64,000 nt of DNA, taken from positions 46,066,001 through 46,130,000 of the forward strand of contig OX638153.1 in NCBI GenBank assembly GCA_951804945.1, written 5' to 3'. The notes under the pieces are model-generated. The model was given only the letters and a program-made list of their open reading frames with translations, had not been told where the DNA came from and did not search any database. Numbering within the stretch: position 1 is the stretch's first letter; each line of letters starts with the position of its first letter. Below, in pieces: positions 25,193 to 38,470 of this stretch. The DNA is from Podarcis cretensis. Lineage: Eukaryota. A program made the position numbers and the translations under genes.

Positions 25193-26254
25193 TTTTAAAA
25201 AATACATAATCAGGTAAATGTACAAAACAATCACTTCTTATCATTGTGGAATCCAAGAATGACTGGAAATCAAAATAAGGATGATAATGGAAATCTATTT
25301 ATGCAGAAGATTCTATATATCTGAAATACAGAAGAATAGGAGAAATAATGTTGGCATAAGCTGTTTGGCCAATACCTGAAAATGAGTTGCATCTAGACTT
25401 TTCTTCCTCCAAGAGCAGCATCCCCAGAGCAGAATTCAACTCAGACAGACTCTTCAACTGGTGCAGGGTGGTGAGAGAAACTCTACTACAGTCCACACTG
25501 CTACCTCCTGCACAGTTCCAGACCATTGGTCCTGCTGGCTCATAAACTGTTTCATTGATGGAAGGAATCTTTCTGCCTGAAGAAGGCGAAGTCTGATTCC
25601 AACCCATAACTTTAGTTCTGCAACCAGAATTTTTTTATCATGTGAGGTAGGCTCCCATAAATGCTGTTCCCTTGATATGCAGAACTATGCCGAATAGTTA
25701 TGGTTTCTCAAACTTTATAGGTTTATAGGTTTAAATGTAAGAATGGAACTGAGAAATGTAATCTCATGGGATTTGAAAGATACAGCAGTGAAGTGGGCGG
25801 GGGGGAGTGGACCTCAAAGTTGCATCCTCCCCTTCAACCACCTTCTGTTTCTGTACATCCTTGGAATTTGCCATGTTTGGTTCCCAATAGTTTCTGAACT
25901 CATTTTCATTTCCAAACCACTGAGAAATTGATCACTTAATTTCATTATTGACAAGCTGTGATAAATGCTAGGTTGTCATAAAAGGTATTATTGGTCTAGT
26001 TGAGTGATTGACAGAGGAAGTCCAAATAAAGGCCACATTCCACTGATGGATCTCTAATGTTTGGACACTTCTTTCAGAGCCTTGTCCTGCCTTTTGCTCT
26101 GCAACAACTTCCTGGAGGATATGCTGCTGCTCACCACTTGCCTAGGAGCCAACACCTCACCCCATGAAAATGGCATGTAAATTAGCTTCAAGATTCCTTA
26201 TACCATTTATACCATTGACACTCACACTTGCAGAAAAAGAAGAAAATACTAGAG

Positions 26255-26390
26255 CAGGCATGGCTAAACTTGGCCCTCCAGCTGTTTTGGGACTACAACT
26301 CCCTTCATCCCTAGCTAAAAGGACCAGTGGTCAGGGATGATGGGAATTGTAGTCCCAAAACAGCTGGACGGCCAAGTTTGGCCATGCCTG
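26255..26390. mobile_element. hAT-type hairpin MITE, intact
   Basis: Near-perfect inverted arms beginning CAGGCATGGC / ending GCCATGCCTG; exact 8-bp TSD tactagag (26247-26254 / 26391-26398). Confidence 0.92.
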
Positions 26391-27311
26391 TACTAGAGTA
26401 TTAATTATGCCAATAAAGGCTGAATGAATGAATGAATAAATGAATGAGTACCAGGGTATTAGTAACACATAAAGTGGGATCTTAAATCCTAGGCATGAAA
26501 GCTTTCAGTGAAATAGAATTGTATTTGTCTGGGACAATATATATCAAATATCACTAGAATAAATATTAAATGTTACATTCCTTTGAGAATTCTAAGAGTG
26601 ATACATAACTCACAAGGATATGAGTATTTCACCCTGAAATGGTCTTTACAAAAATAGCCATAGAAGAAAATGCCTTAGATTTATAAATACAGTTTGCAAA
26701 TCAAGGCACCGATCCATTATCCCCACCCCCTTTACTTTCAAGGCAATTTGTGATCAATTAACGTTTTCCTACAGGGAAGCTCACTTTGTTCTGCTCTAGC
26801 AGTTGTGCACCAATTTACTTTGTGGTTATTATGAAGGACAACTTCATAACAGTACAATGATTTCATTAAGGTCTGACCACTTAGGATCTCTTTATGTCTA
26901 CCACTGACGTGATACAGAAAAATGTGCCATTCTGAAGCCAGTTACCTCCTAAACAGAATCCACTCCTATAGTCTTTCCTAGCCATTGAAGCTTATAGAGC
27001 AGGCCCTATAGATGTTATTGGATTCCATCTCCCTTTCAGTACCCATTTGCCATGCTGGGGTTGGACGTGAGTTGGAATCCAAATTCCAATCCTTGCAATA
27101 TTTGTACCCCAGAGCTTACACAATGAAGTCCACTTAAAGAGGGATAGGCTTGGGTTTTATTCAATTTTTTGAGTCCACAGTCATGCCATCTACATGACAT
27201 TATGCTATCATGATGATGTGTAGCATATGCCAGAACCACAAGAGCCAATTCACTATAGCCCTTTCCATAAAATCTCTTCCATGCATTCACTTAACACAAG
27301 ACGGGGGAATG

Positions 27312-27468
27312 GAACATAGGAAACAGCCTTATACTCAGCCAGCCTGTTAGTTCAACTAGATTAGTGTTAGGTATGCTGACTGACAGCGGCTCTCCAGGGT
27401 TTTAGACCAGAGACATTCCCTTCTGCATGCAAAGCAGATGCTCTTCACGGAGCTATCACCCTTCCCTA
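27312..27468 (-). mobile_element. Squam3-like SINE, degenerate
   Basis: aacataggaaacagccttatact...ctgactgacagcggctctccagggttt...ttctgcatgcaaagcagatgctct, the reverse of the 2318-2492 family. Confidence 0.65.
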
Positions 27469-27789
27469 GCTGGGTTTGGGCCTGCTACTCATGTGCACTC
27501 TCCATGGCCCCAGGAGCTGTGTGTCTGACGGGAGTGGGAAAGGGGGGTCTAGGTGCAAAGAGTCTCTGAAAAGGGCTCTTCTAGGCAAGTAGAAGCCCTG
27601 TGGGGGTCAGCAGGTGTGCTCACTGGACCTGTGAGGCAGGCAGTTGTCTGATGAGGGCTTGCATCTTTAATTTTTACCTGTCATTCCCAAACTGGAGCAT
27701 CCAACAGCTTATGGAGCAGGGAGTGTGGTCTGGGAATTGAGAGATCCACTACTACCCCAGAAATGGCTCACACAGCTCTTACTTAACCT

Positions 27790-28071
27790 GGAGCCCTCCA
27801 GATGTTTTCGACCACAACTCATATCATTCCTAGCCATTTGCCCTGCTAGCTGGTGCCAATGAGAGAGTCCAAAACATTTAGAGGGCACTACATGGAGGAA
27901 TACTACCTACCTGGCATGACTGAAGTTCTAGTACAAGCTTAGGAAGCCTGTGGCCCTACAGGTGCTGTTGGACTCCAACTCTCATCAGCCCCAGCCAGCA
28001 TGTCTAATGGTCAGGGATGATGGGACAGGGAGTCCAGCAACATCTGGAGGGCCCCAGGTTCCCCATGCCTG
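27790..28071. mobile_element. Two adjacent degenerate hAT hairpin MITEs (~27790-27890, ~27934-28071)
   Basis: ccctccagatgtt...ggactccaactctcatc...gatgatggga...gtccagcaacatctggaggg...ccatgcctg. Confidence 0.7.
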
Positions 28072-30768
28072 CTCTAAGAAATTGCTTTTGCCTTTCTATG
28101 TTTTCTCCAAAACTAGGTCCTAGCGTTTATATTTACCAAGGTACAATGCCAAGATTTTGGCTGCAAATGCTCCAAATAAATGTGCTTGGCAAACATATTA
28201 ACAGGAGGCTTTCTGCTGATTTCAGGAAGCTGTGAACCAGAATCAATAAATCTATCAATGGCAGAAAATATAATAGATGCTAGTACATTTAGCAAAGTGA
28301 ATATAGTAATTCCACTTAATTGGCCATTCTCTTTTTTTAGTTTTTTTCATTATTGAAATGTTCCAGTGAAACCAGAAAGGTTTTTATGCTTTTAATGTTT
28401 GCACATTTGGGGGATGAATCCCCTTCCCTTCAAACACAGATGGCTTTAAACTCTATGAAGAACGGCAATATTTTTCTAGCACCCCAACAAGAACATTGAC
28501 AAAACAAACTTTTTCACATAATTTTTTTGTCAGTACGTCAACATATTGACTCGAGCCTTTGGGTATACAGTAGCTATGTGCAATAACATGTCTGTTTTAC
28601 TACACAGAGTTACTTGCACTGGCATGCATGGCATCAGACTCATGTTATAATATCACCTGTGTATCTGCTTTTCAATACAATACAACCATGGCCCGTTAGG
28701 ATGACAACCTGCTGCATAAATATAGACATACTCATGACAAATGGTCACAAATATTATAGCTCATTAGCCTTTCTCTCTCTCTTTAAAAATAATTTTATAA
28801 CATACAAAATCCATAAACAAGAATTTACATGTACTCAACAATTATTATGGTGAACAGAAAATCACACTTATATATATCTTTTAAAAAGTCTAGAGCGGCT
28901 AAAAAAAGCTTCACCCTGCTCTTTCCTTCCACACACCCGTCCATCAATGAACATATAACATAAAAAATATTGAGACTAACACAAATTATATTAATCATAT
29001 ATTGAACAAGGGACAGTTAAGGCTGAATTATTATTCTGTTTAGCCCACTCATATGGGCTTAAATATTCAGTTATCCCAAAGGAATTATCTCCTGATCCTC
29101 CAAACACATTGCTTACAAGTACTCTAAATATTATGGGTAATCTTATTAAAGCTCAGCTACAGTTGATCACAGAATCAGTGTCACTGACTTACAGCATTGA
29201 AAAGAGATTTTTTTATATTTCATCTTCTATGTCTTCTGTTTGACTGTCAATACAATACTAAATATTGCATAAGCAAAGTTGACTAAAATCCCATTGGTTT
29301 CTGAATATTTGGCCGAGGTTATTGTCCTCCTATTTTTCTAGTAACTATCAAGGAAAGCCAAAGTATTTTCAAAAAATGAAAACTTAAATGCTTAATCACC
29401 ATTTGTTATCTGCACCATCCAGGAAGCAAAAGCAAAAACACCTTGATCCTGTATCACTAGAAGAATTTTTAGACCCTACAAAACATTGTAGGCATGGAAC
29501 AGCAGCATGATTACTTTATCCAGGGTATTTTGTGTTGGTTGGAAATTCCAATGTACTTGCAGAGCTCATGATGTGCTCATTAGAAATTACCCAGTGACCA
29601 CTTGAATAGAAAAGCCAAGACAACACACCACAAACTTATACGATTCAAGCTCTGGATATAGGTATAAATAATAAAACCATATATTTTCTTAAGTAACTTT
29701 AACTTGTGTTAATAAGCCAATGAGCCACACTACAAGAAACATGGACAGAGACATCTTATAACACATTGCTCCTGAAAAGCTTTGCCATCAGTGGTGTACA
29801 CATCAGAAAGGACATGAAGGGAAGGAATGAGAAACAAACAGAAAGACAAAGAGATACCATGTGGAAAGGTAAGATGGAAGAGATGGAGAGAGCTGGGATA
29901 GAAGAGGAAATAAAAGAGTGGGATTTGTGATTAAAATCTTTGGGTGGAAAGTGGGCTCTATGGTTGAAGGGAAATATGAAGGGTGTTGATTGGGGAGTCA
30001 GTACTGGAGGAAAGTGAATTCTTAAAAATGAGACCAGCAGATAGAGGAAGGCTATTCTCCCATGAGTTGCTGATGAATTTGGGAAATGTTGTGTACAAAG
30101 GTGTTATGAGTCAAAACCTTGGTTGCAAGCACCTACTCGCATGTGCGAACTCTTTAAGAAAATTCCTATCCATTCACAGGAAATGGGTCCTGTTGTTTTA
30201 AAAGGGGAGCATTCAAATACTTAACCACCCACCCCAGCCTGAAATGGTATGCTTACATAGCTCAGCTAGAAATCTACTGGAGTTAGAAGATATATCTGAT
30301 TCTGGTTTTTTAACATATTAATGCACAATATTCACCCACAGCTTAATTTGAAAAACACAACTAGGAAAGTACACACCTAATTGAGTTTGACTATAGAATT
30401 AAGACATGAATATTCAAATATCTCATCAGTGTGTTTTTCTTAAAGCTGCAAGGTTGCTAGGGGCTAATATCCAGATCTATTTACACATTGCATGCAAGAT
30501 GCAGCAATGGATGCCCAAAATGTGTTAACTGCACAATGTGGTAACAGATAACAAGATTACATATTACAGGCTGTTATCTACTTTGTGTCATGTGTTGTGC
30601 ATTATTAAAATAGTTCAGTCTAACTAATCGATGTAACTGGCATTAATATAACAATAAATCAATTTACATACAATGTACAAAATTTTCATAAAATGTGCAC
30701 ATATCTTTATGTATCAGTTCATGAACTTACAGGTCCTGGCATTTAGTTCACATGGTGCAGGGAAGTCT

Positions 30769-31147
30769 AAGGTAAGGTAAAGGTAAAGGACCCCTGGACA
30801 GTTAAGTCCAGTCAAAGGTGACTATGGGCTTGCAGCGCTCATCTCGCTTTCAGGCCAAGGGAGCCGGCATTTGTCCACAGACAGCTTTCCGGGTCATGTG
30901 GCCAGCATGACTAAACTGCTTCTGGTGCAATGGAACACAGTGACGGAAACCAGAGCGCACAGAAACGCTGTTTACTTTCCCATCACAGCGGTACCTATTT
31001 ATCTACTTGCACTGGCGTGCTTTTGAACTGCTAGGCAGGAGCTGGGACAGAGCAACAGGAGCTCACCCCATTGTGCAGATTCAAACCACCAACCTTCTGA
31101 TCAGCAAGTCCAAGAGGCTCAGTGATTTAGACCACAGTGCCAACTGC
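30769..31147 (-). mobile_element. Sauria SINE, near full length, older
   Basis: (aaggta)n tail, conserved body, head gattcaaacc...tttagaccacagtgcca. Confidence 0.88.
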
Positions 31148-32261
31148 ATGCATGCAATATTATGTGTCATGAAGACAAACCACATAGAGGCTGGTATGTC
31201 TGATGCCCTAATGGCCAATTTACTCATTTAATGGGCCTTGGTATACTTGTCTCCAATGTTTTCTCTGTTTGACTATATTCTGCCAAAGAGGCAGAGGCTC
31301 TTTGGGGATTCAGAACAGAATCAACACACAAATGGGGTGAAGGTTAAATATTTTATTAAACAGCCCAAATAAATCTACAAAGAGTTGCCATTATCTTAAG
31401 GCCCTCTGGTGGTTTGGGATGTCAGTCAGCAATGGACATGACTCTTGAGGCTGAGCTGGTGGCCAGTATCCAGATAGCCTCGCATAGGAACTCAACCAAC
31501 TGGTGTTCTCTTGGGACTTATATATTATTGGGGTTATGTAAGCCACAGCTAACATTCACATGTGGGGTTTGGGTGACACCTCTGTTCTCACCCAAGATAA
31601 AAGCTACTTTGTTCTTGGGAGACAGATAACGTAAACAACATCTAATACTGTATGAAACCTATCTGAAAGACTAAAATATCCTCATGGTGCCATCTCAACA
31701 TAACCAGCTGTAAGAAACTACTATTATATAGAATAACAGGAAACAAACAGAATTAGCTTCATAAAGATCCAAGTACCACAAGATCTTAAGGCATTAGCTG
31801 CTCATGAGAGGGGCTATTGCTGGGCACTATCTCCTCAAAATCATAATGGTCTTCCACAATGTGGAAATACAGACTGTAAGCAGAAGCCAGGGATGTGCAT
31901 TTCGACCAATACATTTTGGGAGGAGAAATGGGGGGACATTACCTACAGGGGTAATTGACAGAGACATGTACCCTGAAAGAGCTACAAGCTACAAGGGAGA
32001 TATACTGCTCAAAATAACACATTCAACCAACATATGATTGAATAGAAAAATGTTTCTATTCCTTCTACCTTTTATCACTCTTAAGGTGAATCCATGCCAA
32101 AGGATCACTCTGTTAGGAATTTCCTGCATCCTATGCCTGGTGTGTGTCCACTACAGTAAAAATTTAATTTATGCTTAGTTTCAAAGTTCCTTGAGATAGG
32201 GATCTTTAATTTTTTGTTTTTTGTTTTTGAGAGTTTGCTTATGTGTCTTATATATATATTT

Positions 32262-32264
<3 letters not shown>

Positions 32265-32296
<32 letters not shown>
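32265..32296. repeat. (TC)n microsatellite
   Basis: Direct read. Confidence 0.95.
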
Positions 32297-32300
<4 letters not shown>

Positions 32301-32509
32301 ATATACATATGAGTTTTGTGGGCTCAGAGAATAGCTTTTGCCATGCCAATGGCATGCTTGGATTTGTCTTATAGACATAGTCACCTCCTATGGAGGACAG
32401 GCAGATATAAGTGCATGTTGAACTCCTACAAGCACGAGCCATTGGCAGGACACTAGAGCACATTTGTGCGACTTCAAAGTGGCCACACAGATGCAAGAAG
32501 ACATCACAG

Positions 32510-32790
32510 GCCCTCCAAGTGTCCCTGTTTTCCAGGAATGTCCTTGATTGAGAGAAGCCATCCCGGTTTTTGGTTTGATCAAGGAATGCCCCACTTTTTA
32601 TTAGGATGTCCCTATTTTCATTGAAGAAATGTTGGAGGGTATGAAGTTATCTGAACCCCAAGCAGTCCTGTATAGGGAAGTTTTTTTAAAAAACGATTAA
32701 TTTTATATATATATATGTTGGAAGTTGCCCAGAGTGGCTGAGTCAACCCAGTAAGGTGTGTGGGGTATAAATAGTAAAATTATCATTATG
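32510..32790. mobile_element. Non-autonomous DNA-element fragment related to 45084-45795, followed by an L2 3' end (~32717-32790)
   Basis: cctccaagtgtccctgttttccagg...gaaatgttggagggtatg; then gcccagagtggctg...ggggtataaat. Confidence 0.6.
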
Positions 32791-35436
32791 GAGGGTATGA
32801 CATCATGTTATTAAGTCTGAGTGTAAACACACCCATAGGTTCTTTTCCGTTCTCTGAGAAGTCTTTCAATTATTTGTAAATCATCTCACCTCAGATAGAA
32901 GGTCCTCCAGTAAAGAATCAGAGCATGATGGTTCGTCAGAATACAGAACTCCAAATGACAGATCCTGGACAATGCAATTGAAGAGGGTGATGACATCACA
33001 TAACAGAGGATGAAGTTCACCACTCCCTGACATGGCTATAATGCTGTACATGAACCAGGAGTTCCATCGGCATGCCATTATCCATGAAGGCCCAGTTTTT
33101 GTGATTCTTCCCCTTGTTTTCTTTGGCCACCAGGACTTTAACAAAAATGAAACCCAGCTAATATATTTATATTCTGGATATGATTCAAAAATCATTGATT
33201 AAATTAACTGCGATCAATTTTTGGATCCGGTTTCTCTGAGGTCAGTGTTAGCAGTAGCAACAAACATTTTGGAATACTCAGCTGATCACAAACAAATAAC
33301 ATGGTTAAAACATTAAGGGAATGTGGGGATTGTATTCAACTAAGCTCTGCTCAGAGTATACCCATAGAAGTTAATTGATATAAGTAACTTACGCCCATTA
33401 ATTTCCGTGGATGTACTCAGAGTAGAACTTAGTTGGATACAACCATTTGACTTTGCACAATTTAGGAAGCATTTTTATACCACCTAGTTCAACGTCTTAC
33501 AGTTCAGCCAAAGTTAGTTTTGGCTTGGCTTGAGATCCTGTACTTAGCTGTGAATGCCACAGCTCAGAAAACAATCGTATGTGAGACTTTCTCTCCATAA
33601 GCTATTTTAACTCATTGGGATTTGTTCATGGGTAAACATAAAAGCCACTCCTTCTAGGTGCTGCTACCAAGCTTTACACATGGACCAAAACCATGTGCTA
33701 AAATCAAATGTTTTCTTATGTGTTAAGATGCTTTTTGTTTTACTCCAAAGGCTGACTTTCTGTTTCAGTAGAAGAAACGGCTCTGAATAGGCCCTTCTTT
33801 TAACCCATGAATTTAGTCCCCACCCCATGAAATTAAAGGGGCACAGTTAACAGCTTTATATGTACAGTGGTATACATACAGGATTCTGAACTGAGGCATT
33901 AATAAGCAACAATTCTATCCCAATAAGCTTAACAAAACATAGTATCAGTCATACATCTCCTCCCAGTGTAGGTCTCATATTTTCAGTGCTGAGGGTCTGG
34001 CTGACAAAACCCTATTCTTCCTTTATATTTATCTGTAGACCCCAACCAGAATAAACATTTTCAGTGTTGTGAGCTTGAAAAATAGTTTAGGGGCAGTGTT
34101 TCAGCAGTGTTTTGTTTGCCACATGCTATCTTTTCTTAGGTATACATGCAATTCATAAAAAAAAAACTAAAACCAAAGCAAAATGTTAGTTTTCTGGAAT
34201 ACAGAAAGTACACAAACTAGGATCCGGCCTAAGTGATACACTTCTAATGTCATTTTGATTTCACTGGGATATCATTAAATGGGCCCTGAAAGGGCTTCAC
34301 TTTAGCTGGATCAAAAATTCCCAATATTATTTCTTGAATCTCATATCTTTATTCACTTTTAAGTTTTTCACTATGCCAGATTTGAAGATTTGTAAACCAG
34401 ATCCTAATGTTATAACAGGCAAAGCCTGGGGAAATGATTGGCCTATTTAATGTTATTATCCTTTGATCTTGGTAGCAGACAATTTGGGTGAGTGGCACAA
34501 AGGGTAAATTCGAGGAGGAGGAGACGAAGAAGGAGGAAGAGGAGGAGGAAGTATGTCTCTCAAGAAATTGTAGTGTGGCAGATTGTTGGAACCAAATAGG
34601 TTTTGCAGTGTAATCCTATGTATGTCTACAGAGAAGTAAATACAGGACTGGATTCTTCGATTATTATCTGGAACCTACCACAGCAAAAATGATTTGCTCA
34701 AAAGTACTATCCTTGGGCTTTCCCCTACTTCTATATGACTTTTTGGTTTGTACTGATTGCTATTAATAAGCTACAGCGTCAAAATAATCAGTGAAGCTAC
34801 TTTTGTATGAATCACTGGAAGATGGCCTTGTAGGTCAAATATATAAAACCATATAATTATGAAGTGGTAAGTATGCCAAACAAATACTGAAAGAAAAACA
34901 GGATTTACATGGTGGAATATTAAATGAACAGTAGGCAGTACTTGTTTTGATTAAATACTAAGTTGGTTGCAAGAGAACATTTAAGAAATCTTGTTACTAG
35001 TATCTTTAGCAGTTTAGCATTAGAAGCAACTTATAACACCAATGAAATCAATTCTTCATTTGCAACCATCCTCTTACTTACTTTCATTGAAGCTGGAGAT
35101 ATCCCCATGACAGGCTCAGAGATATGAATTCAGCTTACAGTTGGTAATTAATTGAACAGCTTTGAAAGTGACCACAAGAAAACACTTCCATCCACAGCAC
35201 TGCCATTGTTCTCACAATTCATTTCAAAGGAAGAAGAAGATCATTATGCCATTAAATGGGGCAATTCATGTTTGCAAACGCTTCTTTGAGCACTGCAGTT
35301 TGTAGGAGTTGTGGATTGAGGCAACATTTTTCAGATCAGAGTTCAGCAGTTGACCGATGCATTTTGGAGAAAAATTCATAAACGTTCATGGAAATTATGT
35401 AGGTGCATCAGTTCAGATCAGGACATTCATATGTAC

Positions 35437-35440
<4 letters not shown>

Positions 35441-35468
<28 letters not shown>
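35441..35468. repeat. (TG)n microsatellite followed by (CACACC)n
   Basis: Direct read. Confidence 0.95.
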
Positions 35469-35471
<3 letters not shown>

Positions 35472-36973
35472 ACACACCCACACCCACACCCACAATGCCA
35501 CTGAAGAATATACTTAGCATCTCCCTTGCAATCAATTATGGATTAAGAAAAAATAGCCCACACAATTGCCGTTTGTCTAATTCTAAGAGAAAATGATTTT
35601 CTTCCTTCCAACTCAGCACAAAGCATAAAGGCAAGTAGCCTATGCATCTTTGACAGAGAAGTCCCTTGTACGCTAATGCTTGAAAAAATCAATAGGAAAT
35701 ATGGGTACTAAACAAAAACAACAGAACTAGAAAATGGAAGGGAAACTCTCTTACAAATCCTATAGCATTTTTGTAGGGTGGGTGTTATTTGCTTGCTTTA
35801 AATTAAATTGTCCATCATGGTTACAGAAGGCATAGAAGGTAAACAGAGGCTTTTTTTAGGCGTAGTGTTTTTATTTCATCTGAGGCCTGACCCAGTCCCT
35901 TCTTTATACACACCACTGGGTACACACAGCAATATGTGTACAGGAGTGGGATCAGTAATTAAGGGGATTCTCACACTAAAAGCAAACTATGCACAAGAGG
36001 AAAGAGAAGATGGGGCTGATGCCTGAATGATCCCTTTTCCTTCTACATTTCTCGAAACTGAGTTTCTATTTTAGAAACTAACTTTTAGAAAAGTAATTCC
36101 CAGCATTCTTTAGTTTTGAAGTACTGCGTTCACTGGAAACAAAATATTTCCAGAGATTTTTCAAAAAAATAAATTTGGCTATAAGTGTCATACTTATTAT
36201 TTTTATAACAAGCATTTAAAAAACAAACAAACAAACAAACTTCTTACATAAGTCTTTCTTCCTTTAAAAAAAATAGATTTAGCTAATCCTATCCTTATGG
36301 CATCTGTGCAAACACTTATATCTAGTTCTGAGCATTGATTAAGGAAACCTATGCAACATTTCTGTACACGTTCTTGAAGCAACCAACCAGGGCGTCACGA
36401 TCAGACAGAAAACAAAGTTAGCTATTGCATTGTGAAGAGCATTACATTCTAGACTGCCAGCAGCCTACGCAAGCCAGAGCACTGCGGACATTAGACACTG
36501 ACACTTTAAATGCAACAACACTTTAGGTATTTTCACAGTCAGAAAACCATTACAACATGGAAACATTTTGGGCAAAATGAGACACAGCTTCCTACTGTTT
36601 TGTTATAGTTTTGTTAACACATAACTGAGGAGCATCAGAAGTGTCTTGTGAAAAGACTTCTACTCCTTCTGCAAGTATATCCCATTTCTCCCCAAACAGA
36701 TGCAGACTATGGACTATATCGTCTAATCTATTGGTGGTCAACCATTTGAATGGTGGGTCACCAAGACCCATAAGTCTGCAGACTGGAAGCAGTGCAATCA
36801 GTAGCTGAAATTAAGAGTCACAAAGCTGTGTCTCTTTTGATGTATGAAAGCAATTGTTCTGCAGCCTACCACAGGCAAGAGCGTCATTTGACAAATGTAA
36901 ACACTCAATAGTAGTTTCCTTCTGCACATAGAAAACCAGTGCAAACCTAGAGGGTGTGGATGAAACACCAACA

Positions 36974-37061
36974 TTGCAATCCTATGTACTACTACTCGGA
37001 AATAAATCCTATTATGTTCAGTGGGACTTACTCCCAGGTAAGTGTGTATAGGATTGCAGCC
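36974..37061. repeat. Short palindromic dispersed repeat in the GPR26 3' UTR; related copies ~1070-1120, ~33330-33445, ~34605-34640, ~63770-63832
   Basis: tgcaatcctat...ctactcggaaataaatcct...gggacttactcccaggtaag...ataggattgca. Confidence 0.7.
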
Positions 37062-37559
37062 TAAGAGTTTTATTTTAACAGGTTTATGTGTAATTAGGTA
37101 TGTGTGACTAAGTAGGGGCAATCTCAGGAAAAACTAGGAGTGATTGTCTTCACCTGATCATATAGTTGGCATGGTCACAGATGTCAATTTGCTGCCACAC
37201 ATCAAAACTGGCACAAATATTATCCAGTTTTTTGTTTGTTTGGGTGGTGGTGGGGAAATATGTAAACACAATCTCTTATCATTATCCATATCTAAACCCC
37301 CTTGAGGTTAGAATGTTGCTTTTCCCACACATTTTGTGAAATTGGTGGGGATCTTTGCAAACAAGATACTATCAGTACTAAAGATATCAGTACTAAAAGG
37401 CAGCCAACTTTGCTATGAAATTCGTTACCTAAGTTGCTGAAGACTTAAAAGGCAGGCTTTCCAAAATATTGTCAGCTGATCATCCTAATGGCACCAGCTA
37501 TTGTTCCTCGACTGTTCCAGTATTAGGCTACATTGAATAAATAGTTTAACCTCAGCTCT

Positions 37560-37791
37560 TCAATCAGTTGCTTGCAAAATGTTTCGACTCTGTGATTCAC
37601 TTGTGAGGGCTGATGAATTTATTGAGCTCCTTTTCAGCATCTTGTTTATTATGTCCTTCCATGTCTTCTTGTACTGGTGTCGTAACAAAGAGTACACAAA
37701 GGGATCTGAAACAGCTTTGCTATAAGCCAGACACTTGGAAATAACTCCCCAGTGTGCGTTGATGGGGACTATGGATGATAATTCTACCAGT
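37560..37791 (-). CDS. GPR26: GPR26 coding exon 3 (ECL3, TM7, C-tail)
   Basis: ttttcttgacag| acceptor. Reads (R)LVELSSIVPINAHWGVISKCLAYSKAVSDPFVYSLLRHQYKK...NILQATD*; 668+114+232 = 1014 nt = 337 aa + stop. Confidence 0.97.
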
Positions 37792-37946
37792 CTGTCAAGA
37801 AAAGAGTAAATATGATTGTCAGATAAACATATCAAGGACTAGAACCTCCTAATTAGACCAAAATCCAAACATTCTATTCCCACTAGCATTAAAGCCTCTG
37901 AGAATACTACAATTGTCCATAGTTATTGCTTGTCCACAGCATCTGG

Positions 37947-37952
37947 TTAATA

Positions 37953-37991
<39 letters not shown>

Positions 37992-38470
37992 TACTACTTA
38001 TACCCCGCTCGTCTGGATGGGCCTCTCCAGCCACTCTGGGCGGCTTCCAAAACTATATGAAAAGCACAATAAAAGATCAACAATGCCTGCTATTTAAAGA
38101 TTTCCCTAAACAAGGCTGCCTTCATATGTCTTCTATAAGTCAGATAGTGGTTTATTGCCTTGACATCTGATGGCAGGGCGTTCCACAGGGAGGGTGCCGA
38201 TACCGAGAAAGCCCTTTGCCTGGTTCCCTGTAACCTCACTTCTCTCAGGGAGGGAACCACCAGAAGGCCCTCGGAGCTGGACCTCGATGTCCGGGTTGAA
38301 TGATGGGGTGGAGATGCTCCTTCAGGTGTACTGGGCCAAGGTTATTTTAGGGCTTAAGGGTCAGCACCAACACTTTGAATTGTGCTTGGAAACGTACTGG
38401 GAGCCAATGTAGGTCTTTCAGGACTGGTGTTATATGGTCTCGGCAGCCACTCCCAGTCACCAGTCTAGCT
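37947..38470 (-). mobile_element. L2 LINE 3' fragment in GPR26 intron 2
   Basis: Minus strand encodes DHITPVLKDLHWLPVRFQAQFKVLVL, a hallmark of the L2 ORF2 C-terminus; (AAT)n at the tail. Confidence 0.9.

Noticed and set aside
37792-37835. MICLSDNHIYSFLD start of the 91-aa ORF
   Set aside because: Intron sequence upstream of the exon 3 acceptor.
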